NCBI RefSeq assembly: GCF_018350175.1
Contig: NC_058372.1
Coordinates: 3,720,001 to 3,784,000, forward strand
Length of the DNA stretch: 64,000 nucleotides
Origin: Felis catus
Lineage: Eukaryota
Reading direction: 5' to 3'
The position numbers and the translations under genes were made by a program. This document shows, piece after piece, positions 62,071 to 64,000 of this stretch (the first letter of the stretch is position 1; the number at the start of each line of letters is the position of its first letter). The notes under the pieces were generated by a model that was not told the DNA's origin, ran no database searches, and saw nothing but the letters and a program-made list of their open reading frames with translations.

Positions 62071-64000
62071 CAGAGATTTTAATCAGCAGGAACTGGGGGG
62101 AAGGGCGGCGGGACCTCTGTCTGGTGGGGCGTGTGAACTGGGGCATCGTGGGTGGTCCCCGTGTGCCTGAAGGGGATACTTACCTTGCCTTTAGGATTCT
62201 CCAGCGCACTTTGACACGCCCTTCCCCTCCCCCCTGTGCCTGGGCCCTCCTTCTCCCCTCTCTTTTGTCTTCCAACACCCTGCTTTCCTGGCTCTCTGCC
62301 ACCCACATACACTGGACCTCCATTTTTAAAAAAATTTTTTTTCCTTCCTTCTTGCCTAGAAACCCCTACTCATCACCATCCCACAGGCATTTTCCGGCCC
62401 ATCGCTTCCCAGTTGTCCGGTGTGAGCATTGCACAGTTTGTACTTAGTTGTGACCCCTTGTCTACTGGTCTTGTCCAACAGGCTCTGGGCTCTGATTTGG
62501 TCACCACGGTATCCCTAGGGGCTGTTGCCGGGCCTGGTGCGCAGCCACACACATAAATGACGGAATGAATCAGTTCATTCACTAATTTTTGTGGAATGCC
62601 TCCTGTGTCCCAAGGTCCCGTGTGCATATAGCAGTGAACAGAATCACAAAATCCCTTCCCTCGAAGAGCTAGGACCCTAGGAAGGTAAGATTGAAAAACA
62701 GAATAAATAGCTAGGCAAGTGTCATCCAAAAAACCAAAAGCCAAACCAAAACAAAACAACAAAGGCAGGCTTAAGGCATGAGGACGATGAGGTGGGGGCT
62801 GCCGTGATGAACGAGGAATGAAGTTCTGAGCAGGGGGCCCCAGGGTGCTCGGGGCTTGACTAGGAGACCAGATCCAGGATCAAGGTGCTACTACGAATAA
62901 CAATGTTGAGTCCGCTTCAGTAGACAAGCCTCAGGTCAAAATAAGGTGGGTGACACTGTTCTATGAAACAGATCTCCCAAACCTAGGGGCTAACCACAAT
63001 AGATATGTCACTCTGTTACACAATGTTGTATAGTGTCCCGTCACAATGGGGGGATGGGGCTCGACTCCATGGTCCTTCAGGGACAGTTTCCTTCCTCCTG
63101 GTGCCTCAGATGTCCCCGGGTCTTAGAGATCTCTGCTGGAGCCCGGACATCCGGCCTGCAGACAGAAGGAGGCTTTCACGGGCCAGGCACCAAAGCGGCA
63201 CACGTTATTCCGTCCACATGATTTTGATCGGAACTCAGTCCCAGCACCCCTAACCTGCCAGGGAAGCAGGAAGATGCGGACCGGCTGCGTGGGTCGGCGC
63301 AAAAAAAAGCCGATGGATTCGGAGCAAGCAAGTGCTTGGGAGTCACGAGGTCCAGCTTTCTTCCCAATCCGTCTCCCCCTCACCTTCCGGCCCTCTTAAA
63401 GGTCAAAATGGTTTTTCGTCAGGCAGTGACAACATCCAGCGCAGAAAGAATGAGGAGGGAGCCGTGGGGTGACTGAGTTCTTTCTTTTCTCCCCCAGCCC
63501 TGAAGGACCACCCTCTCACCATCAGTGACCGTCTCCTTGGAAGGGGACAAAGTCACTGCCGTCCCGGGGCTCACATCGTGGCTGGAGAAGACAGACAATA
63601 AACAGTAGTTATTATACACAATTATACAGAATGTGAGAAAGGAAAGGTGGGTCACATGTGGCAGTGCCTGTCATTTTAATATGTTCACTAATGAAAATGC
63701 TTCACGTAACCATAGCTGCTAACACTGGGGTCGCACTTAGCCAAGCACCGTTCTGAAGGTTTGCTCTATTGACCCAGTTAATTCCCAAACAATAAAACGG
63801 TCACTGGAAAGCACACGGGGAAGAAGAACCAGTGATGAAGAAAAGAAGAGAAATCAAAGTCCACCATTGTCCCTCTGGCGTGTTTCGAGGACCTGTCCCT
63901 CCTTCTCTGGTTCCGCAGTCCGTGTGTTCGTTCGGGTGTGAGCGGGCGAGATTATGTGTGAGCTCACAGAGGGAGAGCCGGGGGATGCCTCCAGCGCGGG

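Overview
Mammalian genomic DNA, almost certainly a cat (Felidae): it carries many felid Can-SINEs and L1_Fc-type 3' ends. The window is part of the major replication-dependent histone cluster (HIST1), reverse-oriented relative to the human order as I recall it. From right to left: a divergent H2B(+)/H2A(-) pair (H2BC4/H2AC6), linker histone H1-4 (-), H2BC5 (-), an orphan CpG island, and a third H2B (-) (H2BC6 by synteny). Only H1-4 is fully readable. The core-histone CDSs are largely N-masked, but their starts, lengths, promoters, stem-loops and U7 sites (HDE) are visible. The rest is ordinary carnivore repeat content (SINEC, L1, L2, MIR, MLT1/MER21 LTRs, MER DNA transposons), plus a 7SK retropseudogene and a tailless 5S rRNA fragment. 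The most interesting observations are: (1) a decayed H2A relic divergent from H2BC5 that keeps its CCAAT/TATA promoter, its reading frame and an open 98-codon ORF; (2) splice and poly(A) signals that would give the stem-loop histone genes alternative spliced, polyadenylated 3' ends kilobases away; (3) a CpG island with a 39-40 bp periodic CCAAT/GC-box array. Nothing here is a wholly new class of system. Repeat subfamily names and human comparisons come from memory, not from searches.
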